A stretch of 64,000 nucleotides of DNA from Candidatus Latescibacterota bacterium (GTDB taxonomy: Bacteria; Latescibacterota; UBA2968), in assembly GCA_965222605.1 (NCBI GenBank), contig OZ244960.1, positions 4,096,001 to 4,160,000 on the forward strand, read 5' to 3'. Numbering within the stretch: position 1 is the first letter of the stretch; the number at the start of each line of letters is the position of its first letter. Positions 1 through 10,189 of the stretch are shown piece after piece. The position numbers were made by a program, and so were the translations under genes. The notes under the pieces are model-generated. The model saw only the letters and a list, made by a program, of their open reading frames with translations, was not told the origin of the DNA and did no database searches.

Positions 1-630
1 GGGGCCAATATGATCTTTGGCAATTAATTTATAGGTCTGGTCTGCAATATGGGGAAAATCATCTTCGGGAGAAATACCTTCGTAATAATGGACATTTCCC
101 GGGTCATAACACGCTCGCACCGAAGGCCGATCAATTTCGGGCAATAACCGAGCGAGGTGTTTTGCGGTCGCCGTATTGCCCGTGTGCGGTTTGGGAGCGA
201 GGATAATATTTCGATCCTGTGCATAGGTTCCCGCTTCTTGCATGTCTGCGACATAGGCTTCGTGGGCAGCTTGGAAAACTTCGGGGGCGAGCGGTTCATT
301 GGGAAATCGCCGATACCCGCCCGCACCGGCTATCTGAATTGCTTCGGCACCGAGTGCCTGGCACACATCAATTCTTCGCATAAGATAATGTGCGTTATCC
401 CTTGCCGGGGTCGATCCAAGCCCGATCACAACAGGGGTTAAACCCGCTTGTTCACACAGGGTTTTGGTTCGATGCACAAGCGGTCCGTCGGGATCAAAAC
501 CCAGTGTATCTTCGCCTTCGTGCGACCAGCCCAAACCCACATAGGAATATCCCGCGCGGGCAACACCTTCAATCCCTCGTTCGAGAGGATAGTTTGAATA
601 GGGCAATGTTAGACAGACGAGTTTGACCAA
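1..630 (-). CDS. Sugar phosphate isomerase/epimerase (xylose isomerase-like TIM barrel), runs off window edge
   Basis: Not in ORF track. Manual translation from TTG at 630 (GGAGG upstream): MVKLVCLTLPYSNYPLERGIEGVARAGYSYV...APKPHTGNT...CYDPGNVHYY...IAKDH, open to position 1. Confidence 0.75.
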   Translation of the reverse strand, partial: MVKLVCLTLPYSNYPLERGIEGVARAGYSYVGLGWSHEGEDTLGFDPDGPLVHRTKTLCEQAGLTPVVIGLGSTPARDNAHYLMRRIDVCQALGAEAIQIAGAGGYRRFPNEPLAPEVFQAAHEAYVADMQEAGTYAQDRNIILAPKPHTGNTATAKHLARLLPEIDRPSVRACYDPGNVHYYEGISPEDDFPHIADQTYKLIAKDHIGP

Positions 631-648
631 AAGAGACCTCCACAGGTG

Positions 649-1194
649 TTAGTCGTTTTTCCGCGTTATAAATAGTGCGAGAAATCCGGGCAAAAAGGCA
701 ATGGTCCAGCAGAGCAAATTATAGAGATAATTGGGGCCGCCGGGCGTGTGACTGGTCCAAATGCCCGAAATCGCGTAGAAGGCGAGGCCGGAAGTCGCGG
801 CGGCCAGAATACCTCGAAGAAAAGTATGCTTCAGGTTTTTGGGGATGGCACCCACCCATTGGTGGAGCAGAGCTGTAAGAATCCACAGTTCCATCCACGC
901 GACGATCATCGCGGCATAGCGAATGAACGGGCGTAAAAAATAATATCCACCAGCGGATAAAATGCCAACAGCGAGGCCCCCGAGTGCGCCCAGCAAGATT
1001 GATTGTGGCGTTTTGCCACCATATCCGAGAACTGCGCCCAAACAGAGGCATAAGAGTGCCCCGTGAAGGATGCCGGCGAACATGTGGTGTTTGATCGCGT
1101 AGTGCGCCCACAAAAAGTCGCCCAGTGTGCTGATCGCGGCGAGAATGATCGCAGCGACGAGTGCGCGTAAGATTCCGTTGAATTGAACAGTCAT
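649..1194 (-). CDS. Hypothetical integral membrane protein
   Basis: 181 aa with about 6 hydrophobic segments; co-oriented with neighbours. Confidence 0.7.
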   Translation of the reverse strand: MTVQFNGILRALVAAIILAAISTLGDFLWAHYAIKHHMFAGILHGALLCLCLGAVLGYGGKTPQSILLGALGGLAVGILSAGGYYFLRPFIRYAAMIVAWMELWILTALLHQWVGAIPKNLKHTFLRGILAAATSGLAFYAISGIWTSHTPGGPNYLYNLLCWTIAFLPGFLALFITRKND

Positions 1195-1211
1195 GTGCTC
1201 GCTCCGGAGAT

Positions 1212-2603
1212 TTATTCCCGATACGCGGGATTGGGCGTGGGTATCACGGCGCCGGTATCTGTCAGGTATTGGTCCATTAATTTGTCCAATTCGGAGACCA
1301 GATCGGGATATTCGTCCGCCAGATTATTTGTTTCGCCAATGTCTTCAGTCAGGTTGTAAAGTTCTACGCGGTCGCTCTGGTCGTCGTTGTTGCAATAGAA
1401 CCGGATGAGTTTCCAATCGTCTTTGCGGACATAAGTCGATGGTAGGCCACCTGCTGCTGGCGTATAGTGCGGAAAGTGACAGAAAATGGTGTTCCGCGCA
1501 AGGGATTCGCCGCGAAGTGCGGGTGCAAAACTGATGCCGTCAACCGATTCGGGCATGTCGAGGCCGCAGAGTTCGGTCAGTGTGGGAAAGAAATCGATGC
1601 TCTGTACGATTGCCTGGTCGTCGCGGCTGCCCGCTTCAATATGGTCGGGCCACGCGATAATCAACGGTTCGCGGGTGCCGCCCTCATAGATATTTGCCTT
1701 TCCACCGCGCAGGGGCGCGTTGCTCGTGATGGGTACATCGACATAATCGGGATGGACATTGTCTTTCGCGCTCCAGTGTACTCCGCCATTGTCGGAAAAG
1801 AAGATCACGATGGTATTGTCTAAAATTCCCTCTTCCTCCAGCGTTCCAATCAATTGCCCTACCGCGTCGTCCATTGTTTCAACCATGGCTGCGTAAACGG
1901 GATTGTGCTGGGGGTATTCGACATCGGCTTTTTGCGCGTATTTTTCTATTACATCCTGTTTGGCGTGCCATGGGGAATGTACGGAAAATTGCCAGAAATG
2001 GAGATAAAAAGGCGCGTCTTTGTTTTGGCGAATAAATTCAATGGCTTCTTGTGCCATGCGATCTTCCAGGTGTTCGCCGGGTTCGCCTTTGTTGGGATAG
2101 ACTTTCCACGGCGCGAACCAGCCATCGGCCAATGGACTGGGGGCAGGTGTGTGCGGGATGTCGATATCGAATCCGTGCTCAAACGGGCTATAAGGTTCTG
2201 CACCCAGATGCCATTTTCCAATGTGTGCGGTTTTATATCCCGCATCGCGAAATACCGATGATAGAGTTTGGTATTCCGTGCTCAAGCGGGTGACGCTTTG
2301 TGCGACCAGAGCCTTGTTGTGCGGTGGTCCTTTTTCGCTTAAAAAGGATTCGAGTACAATGCGGTCCAGATGGCATCCCGGCGTTGTAATGCCAACGCGC
2401 GCGGGCCACAATCCCGTCATGATGCTCGCGCGAGTGGGCGAACACAACGGATTGGCCGCGTACGCGTTGGTAAACATCATGCCGCGCTCGGCAAGGGCAT
2501 CGATATTTGGGGTTTCGCAAAATGCGCTGCCGTATAAGGATGTATCGCGCCAGCCCAGGTCGTCTGCGAGAATGAATACCACATTTGGTTTGTTTTTTTG
2601 CAT
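1212..2603 (-). CDS. Formylglycine-dependent sulfatase (arylsulfatase A-like)
   Basis: PNVVFILADDLGW, CSPTRASIMTG, GKWHLG, FFSDNGG motifs; start set at MQKNKPN. Confidence 0.95.
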   Translation of the reverse strand: MQKNKPNVVFILADDLGWRDTSLYGSAFCETPNIDALAERGMMFTNAYAANPLCSPTRASIMTGLWPARVGITTPGCHLDRIVLESFLSEKGPPHNKALVAQSVTRLSTEYQTLSSVFRDAGYKTAHIGKWHLGAEPYSPFEHGFDIDIPHTPAPSPLADGWFAPWKVYPNKGEPGEHLEDRMAQEAIEFIRQNKDAPFYLHFWQFSVHSPWHAKQDVIEKYAQKADVEYPQHNPVYAAMVETMDDAVGQLIGTLEEEGILDNTIVIFFSDNGGVHWSAKDNVHPDYVDVPITSNAPLRGGKANIYEGGTREPLIIAWPDHIEAGSRDDQAIVQSIDFFPTLTELCGLDMPESVDGISFAPALRGESLARNTIFCHFPHYTPAAGGLPSTYVRKDDWKLIRFYCNNDDQSDRVELYNLTEDIGETNNLADEYPDLVSELDKLMDQYLTDTGAVIPTPNPAYRE

Positions 2604-2671
2604 AGGAATCTCTATGAACAAAAGTGAGTGTAGCACTAAATTTGTTTTTGGAAAGCATCCTCCGTTGCCAG

Positions 2672-2953
2672 TCATTTCACCCAGTAGAAATTACCGCTGG
2701 AAGCCGGCCAGTCGAGAACATACAGAATTTGGGCTTTCGTCTCGTATTTTTCAACTTCATCGCGTATATTTGCCCAACGCTTTTGGATTTCATCAGATTC
2801 CAGTTCTTTCGAAGTCGTTGTGCCGTACTCCGGAATAACTTCATGCCAGCATGTAATAGCAAGTTTCTGGAGCCTTTTAATTTTTTTTTCACGAAGCGTG
2901 TGTGTATCTCTAATCACTTCGTCTATTTCGTGAATAATTTCTGGGACTGACAT
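2672..2953 (-). CDS. Hypothetical protein
   Basis: 93-aa ATG ORF filling the gap between co-oriented genes; no motif recognised. Confidence 0.5.
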   Translation of the reverse strand: MSVPEIIHEIDEVIRDTHTLREKKIKRLQKLAITCWHEVIPEYGTTTSKELESDEIQKRWANIRDEVEKYETKAQILYVLDWPASSGNFYWVK

Positions 2954-2978
2954 TTATGTTAGCGTCCATAGTCGGTAG

Positions 2979-3200
2979 TTACACGCTACTTTTTGATGGT
3001 GCCATCTCGATCCCTTTTCGGGTTTCGGCAATTAGCAGATCGACGACGGCGTGCAATGCCTCCATTTCGGTGGCACCCTCCAGGCAGCGGATGCGAAAAT
3101 GGTCAACCTGCCGGTCGGCGCTGCTGCCGTCGCGGATGATTTCAGATACGCGGTGTAATTCTTCTTCGACGCCGAGGGTGATTGTGAGGTCTTCATGCAT
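2979..3200 (-). pseudogene. Internally deleted carboxylate-amine ligase (YbdK-like) remnant
   Basis: N-terminal TLGVEEE motif joined directly to C-terminal-type IIRDGSSADRQ...LHAVVDLLIAET in only 73 aa. Confidence 0.6.
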
Positions 3201-3221
3201 ATTGAGTAGCTCGTTATTTGG

Positions 3222-3917
3222 TTATGCAATTGCTTCGGCCAATTCTGTAAAATCAGTGACTGTTATATCTGCGCGATACGGCGAATCTTCATAGGGCAGG
3301 TCATAGCGGTTTACATACGCACCGCGCAAACCGCACGCGCGAGCACCCACCACATCAAACGAATTGGTCGATACCATCATGCACGCGCCTACTTCCAGGC
3401 CGAGAATTTGTGCGGCGCGGCGATATACGGCGGGATGCGGCTTGAATGCGCCCATTGTAGTTACGGAGATGACGTCGTCGAAATCCCACTGGATCCGATT
3501 TTTTGCCAGGTGATCGAGAAAGGCGGGATCGCCGTTGGACAGACCGACGAGTTTGTAATGCGCGGCCAATTTTTTTAGTCCTGCTCTGACTTCGGGAAAA
3601 GGCGATAGGTTCTGCCAGCATGCGAGAAATGTTTTCACTTCCTCTTTTGACATTTCAATTTTATTCAGGGCGAGCACATATACAAATGCCCGTCGCACTG
3701 TCTCCAGGTAGCCTCCATGACCGAGCATCATGATTGTGTCCTGAAATTGCTCCAATCGCTGACGATAGCGCCATTGTTGCCAGAACTGTTCTGCTGTGGT
3801 ATCGGCTCCTTTTTTTTGAAGCATCTCGTCGATAAATGGCGTCAAACTACCGCCCAGATCCAAAATCGTGCCAAATAAATCAAATGTCAATGCCTGTACT
3901 TGTTCGAATTTTGCCAT
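3222..3917 (-). CDS. Haloacid dehalogenase type II (HAD superfamily)
   Basis: FDLFGT, LSNG, FKPHPAVY, STNSFDVVGA motifs. Confidence 0.9.
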   Translation of the reverse strand: MAKFEQVQALTFDLFGTILDLGGSLTPFIDEMLQKKGADTTAEQFWQQWRYRQRLEQFQDTIMMLGHGGYLETVRRAFVYVLALNKIEMSKEEVKTFLACWQNLSPFPEVRAGLKKLAAHYKLVGLSNGDPAFLDHLAKNRIQWDFDDVISVTTMGAFKPHPAVYRRAAQILGLEVGACMMVSTNSFDVVGARACGLRGAYVNRYDLPYEDSPYRADITVTDFTELAEAIA

Positions 3918-4002
3918 TAGAACCTCCAGCTTTCTCTATTTTTATTTTTGATCACGGACAATCAGGGGTTGATTCGCTACTGCAAATAGTCTATTTTTTC
4001 GG

Positions 4003-4263
4003 ATGCTTACTTCTCCAGATAAAAAAACAGTTATCGCAACAAGCGTCCGTTTTGACAATGACCTTCTGTATGTCGCATTAAGCGATGGGCGCGAAATGAG
4101 TCTGCGGTTGGACAATATTCATTGGTTAGATTGGTTATACAGGGCAACCGATGAACAACGTGCCGACTGGTCAATAGAACCGGGCGGTTTTGCTATTTAT
4201 TGGGAAGATTTAGATGATGGCATTGAACTTTGCCATCTCTTGAGCCTTGAATCCCTTTTTTGA
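4003..4263 (+). CDS. DUF2442 family protein
   Basis: LYVALSDGRE...LYRATDEQRADW...IYWEDLDDGI pattern. Confidence 0.8.
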   Translation: MLTSPDKKTVIATSVRFDNDLLYVALSDGREMSLRLDNIHWLDWLYRATDEQRADWSIEPGGFAIYWEDLDDGIELCHLLSLESLF

Positions 4264-4275
4264 GCTATTCGGCAA

Positions 4276-5271
4276 TCATTTGGGCGAACTTACTGGTGCT
4301 TCTACTTTGCGACCTGTGCGGGCAGATTCATGGGCGGCGAGAGAAATCGCAATGGTGCGTCGGCCATCGAGGCCATTGGACTGCGGTTGCTCGCCTGTGC
4401 GGATGCACTGCAAAAAATAAATCATTTCTTCCAGCAAGCCGTTGTTCCGCTCAAATGTCATGTGTTCGGGTTTTTCGCCCATCCGGTTGAGTGTGAGTTG
4501 CGCGCCTGTTCCACTGGTGATTTTTACCGAACCTTCAGTGCCCGCCACGCCCAGTTCGTAGCTTCCGCCTGGATAAATTCGGCTGCTGCTCAAAGATCCG
4601 ATCGCGCCTGAGCTGAATTCCAAATTGATAAAAATACTTTCCTCTACAGTATTATCTGATTCATCGCCATATCGCATTGCGGCTTGAACAGCGCGCACTT
4701 CGCCCGCCATCCAGGTCAGTTGATCCAGTTCGTGGCTGTGCATTGAAAAAAGCCCGCCGTATCTCTCCCTATCCAACTGCCATCCCGCCACGCCCCCAGG
4801 CGCTCCTGTGCCCAAACGCACGGCATGCGCCATACGCACTTCGCCAATTCGTCCTTCTTTGATCAACCGTTTCATTTCGCGGTAGGCATTTTGAAATCGC
4901 CGCACGTACCCGATCATCAAAAAAACACCCGCGTTATCAGCCGCTTCAATCATCGCGTCACAATCTTCAACCGTGAGTGCCATTGGTTTTTCGCAAAAGA
5001 CATGCGCGCCCGCTGTGGCGGCATCGACTGTGATGGGACTGTGTACAAAATTGGGGGTTACTACCAGTACGGCGTCTGGGGATTGCGCTGATAACATGGT
5101 TCGGTGGTCGTCGTAAACAGCCGGCTGGGATGTGAGTTTGTCGGCTAAAGCCTTTGCCGAAGCGAGTTCATAATCGCAAACCGCCACCAGTTCTGCGCCT
5201 TCTATGCTCTCTACATGGGCGGCGTGTCGCGATCCCAGTCCTCCACAGCCGACGAGTCCTATTTTGAGCAT
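4276..5271 (-). CDS. Gfo/Idh/MocA family oxidoreductase
   Basis: GLVGCGGLG Rossmann motif, CEKPMA, HELD. Confidence 0.95.
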   Translation of the reverse strand: MLKIGLVGCGGLGSRHAAHVESIEGAELVAVCDYELASAKALADKLTSQPAVYDDHRTMLSAQSPDAVLVVTPNFVHSPITVDAATAGAHVFCEKPMALTVEDCDAMIEAADNAGVFLMIGYVRRFQNAYREMKRLIKEGRIGEVRMAHAVRLGTGAPGGVAGWQLDRERYGGLFSMHSHELDQLTWMAGEVRAVQAAMRYGDESDNTVEESIFINLEFSSGAIGSLSSSRIYPGGSYELGVAGTEGSVKITSGTGAQLTLNRMGEKPEHMTFERNNGLLEEMIYFLQCIRTGEQPQSNGLDGRRTIAISLAAHESARTGRKVEAPVSSPK

Positions 5272-5290
5272 TTGGTCTTCTCCCGATTTT

Positions 5291-6304
5291 CTATCTCAGG
5301 TGAATGGGTGTACCCCGATCTCGCGCGGATGCTTCAGCGGCAAAGCAGGCCTGATGGGTATTGACCGCTACGGATAGATTATCGTGGGATTCCGCGTCGG
5401 TCGAGATACAGTCGATGAAATGGTCAATCATTTCCTGGAAAGGATGGTGTGATACTGCGCCGCTGTCTGGCAATACGGTTGGAATTTCAGCCAGATCCCG
5501 TTGTCCTACGATTTGTTTTGTATAGAACCGATTGTTGCGGATTACGCCTTCGTCGCCGAATACTTCCAGGTTGAATACATAAGGCATGAAAAATTCGGTT
5601 GATCCCGAAATTTTTCCCGCGGTACCGCGTTCAAACTGAACCGCGGCCGCGGTTGTTGCGAGATATGTTTCGGGATGAGTGGAATTGCGAGCAGAGACTC
5701 CAGACACCTGAACGATGGGGTCATTATCCAGCACATATCGCGCTGCATCCATTGCATGGCATCCCCCGTGTACAATAGCCCCGGCAGTCATGGGATTCCA
5801 CCGGGGTCGTCCAAATTGTTTGGGACGCTGATGGGTTGGCCCGTGCCAGTAATCGGCCTGTACGAGAAGAGGCTGTCCGACCCATCCCTTTTCAATGGCG
5901 TGTTTGATGGACAGCACCATCGGGTTCCACCGCAGGACAAAGCTCACGACGGTTTTTACCCCGGCTTTTTGAACCGCTGCATCCATGGCGTGAAGTTCGT
6001 CTGGATTCAGGGCCACTGGTTTTTCGATCAGAATGTGTTTGCCGGCCTCGGCTGCTGCGATGGTTTCCGCTGCGTGCAAATCCGGGGGGGTGCAAATCGA
6101 TACGAGGTCCACGCCTGGATGGGCGAGCATGCGGTCGTAGGAGTCGAATAATTCACAATCTATATCGCAGGCGATGGCCTTTTTTTGCGCGCCTTCCAAT
6201 GTGCGGCTGCCAATGGCTACGACCCGGGTATGGGGATTATTCTGATAGGCTTTGATATGTTCGGTAGATACATTTCCCGCGCCCTGAATTGCTACTCCAA
6301 TCAT
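5291..6304 (-). CDS. Gfo/Idh/MocA family oxidoreductase
   Basis: GAGNVS, IEKPVA, GCHAMD; start at MIGVAIQG with AAGGA upstream. Confidence 0.95.
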   Translation of the reverse strand: MIGVAIQGAGNVSTEHIKAYQNNPHTRVVAIGSRTLEGAQKKAIACDIDCELFDSYDRMLAHPGVDLVSICTPPDLHAAETIAAAEAGKHILIEKPVALNPDELHAMDAAVQKAGVKTVVSFVLRWNPMVLSIKHAIEKGWVGQPLLVQADYWHGPTHQRPKQFGRPRWNPMTAGAIVHGGCHAMDAARYVLDNDPIVQVSGVSARNSTHPETYLATTAAAVQFERGTAGKISGSTEFFMPYVFNLEVFGDEGVIRNNRFYTKQIVGQRDLAEIPTVLPDSGAVSHHPFQEMIDHFIDCISTDAESHDNLSVAVNTHQACFAAEASARDRGTPIHLR

Positions 6305-6317
6305 CTCAAATTCCTTT

Positions 6318-8282
6318 TTAATAATTGTGTACATTGTGCCCGCGTGCGGGGAACCACACGCAATCGATGGCGAAGACCAGAGCCGTGCTCACAGCCTGGG
6401 CGACGATCAATCCGATAAAAAAGGGCTTGCCGCGTTCGTAGAGATCCACGCCGCCTATTCTCATCAGCAGCGATTTGATTGCCCAGACGATCAGAATTGA
6501 AAATACGACCTTTGTCACGCCGTAGTTGCCCTGTATGGCCAGGCCAATGGGATGCAGGGGCCACCAGGGGAGCCAATAGCGCGCCAGCGTGAACGCGGCC
6601 ATAGCTGCCGCACCGATTAAAGCCCATATTGCCAACCCGCCTTTGCCACCCATTGGAATTGGGTTGCGGATGGAGTTGATCGCATTGTCAAATGCGCCCG
6701 GCGCGGCTTTTTTGAGTCCCATGTTGCCCAGGTTGTACGCGCCATAAGCGTATCCCAAATACAGTGTGTTGGCGATGGAAACCACATAGCCCAGGATGAG
6801 TGATACCCCAATCATCATGGCAATCTGTCTGGGTTTTACCACGCGATCTACGGCTTTGACGGATTGTGTCATCGCGGGCATGACATAGCCTTTGCCAGCA
6901 CTGTTAAATATGCGCATAAACGATAAGATTGTGACACTTTGACCGCTGATTGTTGGCGTGCCCCAAATTTGCAACACGGCGTCAAAAGGCTGTACCTGAT
7001 AGTACACATATACCAGGCCGAGTTCGGCAATCACGCGGGAAAGCCCCAGAAATGTCAACAGGGCAATTGGCAAAAATGTGAGAATGACGAATAGTGCCAT
7101 ACCCGCAGCGTATAACCACGCAGCGACAAATGATAGGGAGACAGCCAGGCCGATCACAGCCGTGCGATACGACAACAATTCGTCGCTGTCATCGACATCG
7201 CAACCTGGATGCATGGCTTTTCGCCAGACATCCAGGAGGTGTGCGCGGCCCATCCACAGGCTCCAAATCGCCAGAAAAATGAGCGCCCCCCCGCTTTGCC
7301 AACCCAGTGCGGGACTTTGCCACTGTCGGTCTGCTGCGCCCGGCGTGTACCCAAATTTATTGAATAAAAAGACCTCAGAGCCAGATAAAAACACCCATAC
7401 CCAAACGCTGAACAGCACGTCCAATCGCGCAAAATAACCAAAACCTACTGCGTAAAAACTGACTCTGCGAATTAAAAAAGGAAAGTCTGGGTAGAACCGA
7501 AACTGCCCGCCTTCAAACGGAATGTGCGGAAAAATCGGTGTGAAGTACGACCCGATGTTCCAGACTTTTAGCAGCATCACGAGTCCAAACGCGATCCAGA
7601 ACAGAGGCGACGAAAAAACCTGGGATAGCCTGCCTCCTTTTTGGGTCTCGGTCAATAGTGTGCCCACTTCTACGATGGGATAGGTCAGGCGTTCGTGATC
7701 GACCCACTGTCGGCGCAACATGACGACCACACAAAAAACGGCAAATGCGACTGCGCCGAGGAAGCAGGTCCACCAGAAAAGCGGGGTTACCCACGCGCCG
7801 AGTGCGGGAACATGGCCTGCGGGCGTGCCCTCGAAGAACCAGTTCATGGCGCCCGTATCATTTTGCGGTGCCAACCAGGTTGGGATATTGTGGTGGAGAT
7901 AAAAATTCCATCCATTTTCTGGTGTTGCAAAATAATACACCCCGGCCAAAACACCGATGAGATGCCCCGTAACGCCGTCATAAGGCACAATTGCGGCAAC
8001 GAGTCCCATTCCCAAAACCACGCGCAATTCTGGTGGTGTGAGCACGAGAGAAGGCAAAAACCGGCGCGCGATGATGTTCAATACGGCCAGGGACAAGAAT
8101 GGAAAGAGCAGAGCGAGAGGGAAATGGCTGCGGCTGATATTGGAGCCGCTCATGTAGTAGGCCATCCACTCGTCCCACAAGACGGTTATTATGATGATTA
8201 CAACGGCCACAAAAATGGCCCGGGGCGTTACGGCGCGCTCGCTTTGAACCTCAGTTGTCCGATATGTGGATGCTTCTGCCAT
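6318..8282 (-). CDS. Large polytopic membrane protein, DUF6785/DUF6784-like (putative transporter)
   Basis: 654 aa, many TM segments; LRRQWVDHERLTYPI, WWPLHPIG, KPFFIGLIV motifs. Confidence 0.75.
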   Translation of the reverse strand: MAEASTYRTTEVQSERAVTPRAIFVAVVIIIITVLWDEWMAYYMSGSNISRSHFPLALLFPFLSLAVLNIIARRFLPSLVLTPPELRVVLGMGLVAAIVPYDGVTGHLIGVLAGVYYFATPENGWNFYLHHNIPTWLAPQNDTGAMNWFFEGTPAGHVPALGAWVTPLFWWTCFLGAVAFAVFCVVVMLRRQWVDHERLTYPIVEVGTLLTETQKGGRLSQVFSSPLFWIAFGLVMLLKVWNIGSYFTPIFPHIPFEGGQFRFYPDFPFLIRRVSFYAVGFGYFARLDVLFSVWVWVFLSGSEVFLFNKFGYTPGAADRQWQSPALGWQSGGALIFLAIWSLWMGRAHLLDVWRKAMHPGCDVDDSDELLSYRTAVIGLAVSLSFVAAWLYAAGMALFVILTFLPIALLTFLGLSRVIAELGLVYVYYQVQPFDAVLQIWGTPTISGQSVTILSFMRIFNSAGKGYVMPAMTQSVKAVDRVVKPRQIAMMIGVSLILGYVVSIANTLYLGYAYGAYNLGNMGLKKAAPGAFDNAINSIRNPIPMGGKGGLAIWALIGAAAMAAFTLARYWLPWWPLHPIGLAIQGNYGVTKVVFSILIVWAIKSLLMRIGGVDLYERGKPFFIGLIVAQAVSTALVFAIDCVWFPARGHNVHNY

Positions 8283-8283
8283 C

Positions 8284-10179
8284 TTATTTTATATGCCAAT
8301 CGGGGTCTTCGAGGGCTTCGTAAACCACGCCGCCTTCGACCTGCATCGGCATGGGCACACCGGTGAGATAACAAATTGTGGGCGCGACATCGATTGAGCG
8401 CACTTGTTTTGTGAGCAAGCCTGTCTGCTTAATTCCCGCGCCTGCAATCACAAATGTCGAATGTTGTCCGCCCATGCCAAAGCTCACCGAGGGCAATTGC
8501 TTGCCGTGTGCGCCGTCAAATTCGGGATGTAGTGCATAGACCACATCGCCGACCAGATCGCTCCACAAATTGACCATTTCGGCATTTTCGCGGGTCAGGG
8601 CCAGCGCGAATGGATGGCGTCCAGTGGCTTTGTCTTTGTATTCCATAAGTGCGGCAATCAGCTCTCGGCGCACGGTTTCGCAATCGTCCTGCGAAACAAT
8701 CCCGTCGGGTTCGCGTCCTTCCAGATTGATGAAGATATGCACCAATCCCACGTCGCATGCGCGCGTTTTGCTCCAGTCGATTTGTCCATTTTCATGGTAT
8801 TTCACGAATCCCGTTTCTGTGAGGACCTTGCGGATGTTGACTGAGGGGAATTGATTGGAGGTGCCGCCGTGATCGGCCACGACTGCGACGACGGTATCTT
8901 CATCGGCAATATCGTCAACGATGCGCCCGATCAGGCGATCAATTGACTGATAGGTGCGGAAGACGCCTTCGCGCGATCGCTCGAGGACCGATTGCTCGGC
9001 ACCGCTTGTGGGATCGGCCTGTCCCAGGAAGAAGTGGCTCGTATAATCCGAAGCGTGCGTTTCGATCATCAGCAGATCCCATGTACGAGATCCCGTCAAG
9101 TATTGCGCGACATCGGCCAGTCGCTGGTGGTGGAACTCCAGCAATTCAAAATACGTGTCATCGTCGATTTTACCCAGGGCATCGCGGGCGGGATTTTGCA
9201 AGAAGTTCCCGACGTTTTCGTCGATTTCTCGCGCGATTGACGCCGGTTTGGTATAGCCGTCGGAAGGCCAGATTTGCGGCACAAATAGCTCGAACATATC
9301 GGCATTTTCGGTCAGCGCGATCAGCTTCATCTGCACGTAGCCGCTCACCTGCTCGCCGTCAATTTCAAATGTATCGAGCCACCAGTCGCTCCATTCGCCC
9401 ACGCCGAGGTCACACACTTTTGAACCTCCATCGCGCGCGCGGCATACGCACACGCGGTCATATCCTTGCGCGGTTGTCGCGTAGATCAAACCGTAAAATG
9501 GTTTGGGCGTGCCTTTCTTTCCCCGGTTCATGGGTTCGCGCCCGCGTGCCAAAGGCGCGATCACCATTTCGACCTCGAGAGGCGGCTTTTCGGAATCGGG
9601 CAGTGCTGTCCATCCATCTGCCGCTTTGAGGGTGACGGGATCAAATTCCGAAACGGTTTGCAGGGCACTTGGGTCCAGTGTTTCGGGGTCGCGCTGTACG
9701 ACCAATCGCCGCGGTGCCCACTTACCTCCTACAAATAAGTGATAGCCCGCGACCTGATGGTGATTGGATACACCGGGTCCCGTGCCTTCCACCTGGATTC
9801 CAGTCGTCACGGTGGGCGGCCACGACATTTCCCATTTGACCAGAATCGGCGTTTTGCCCGCTCGCTCAAACGTATTCCAGATATACTCGGATTTGGACAG
9901 CCCCGTATTGATGCCCCAGACGGTCTGATCCAGTCGCTTGCCCAGGGCGCGGATGTTAAAATCCATCACTTCGTGGTTGCCCGGCCATGACCCCGTGGCT
10001 ACGGCAGTCCATCCCGGCGGCGTGAGGGTGGGAAATACGCCAATCATGGGGCGCCATGCCCCGCGCTCGATAAGCTTTGCCACATTGGGCATGTGCCCCC
10101 AGTCGGCCATATTTTTGACAATTTCCATGCTCGCCCCATCCATCCCAATGACAATTGCCTTCTTTGCTGGACTTTCCAT
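8284..10179 (-). CDS. Alkaline phosphatase superfamily (type I phosphodiesterase/nucleotide pyrophosphatase-like) protein
   Basis: VIGMDGAS, PTLTPPGWT, VADHG, DVAPT; GAGGAGG RBS before MESPAKK. Confidence 0.85.
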   Translation of the reverse strand: MESPAKKAIVIGMDGASMEIVKNMADWGHMPNVAKLIERGAWRPMIGVFPTLTPPGWTAVATGSWPGNHEVMDFNIRALGKRLDQTVWGINTGLSKSEYIWNTFERAGKTPILVKWEMSWPPTVTTGIQVEGTGPGVSNHHQVAGYHLFVGGKWAPRRLVVQRDPETLDPSALQTVSEFDPVTLKAADGWTALPDSEKPPLEVEMVIAPLARGREPMNRGKKGTPKPFYGLIYATTAQGYDRVCVCRARDGGSKVCDLGVGEWSDWWLDTFEIDGEQVSGYVQMKLIALTENADMFELFVPQIWPSDGYTKPASIAREIDENVGNFLQNPARDALGKIDDDTYFELLEFHHQRLADVAQYLTGSRTWDLLMIETHASDYTSHFFLGQADPTSGAEQSVLERSREGVFRTYQSIDRLIGRIVDDIADEDTVVAVVADHGGTSNQFPSVNIRKVLTETGFVKYHENGQIDWSKTRACDVGLVHIFINLEGREPDGIVSQDDCETVRRELIAALMEYKDKATGRHPFALALTRENAEMVNLWSDLVGDVVYALHPEFDGAHGKQLPSVSFGMGGQHSTFVIAGAGIKQTGLLTKQVRSIDVAPTICYLTGVPMPMQVEGGVVYEALEDPDWHIK

Positions 10180-10189
10180 ATACTCCTCC

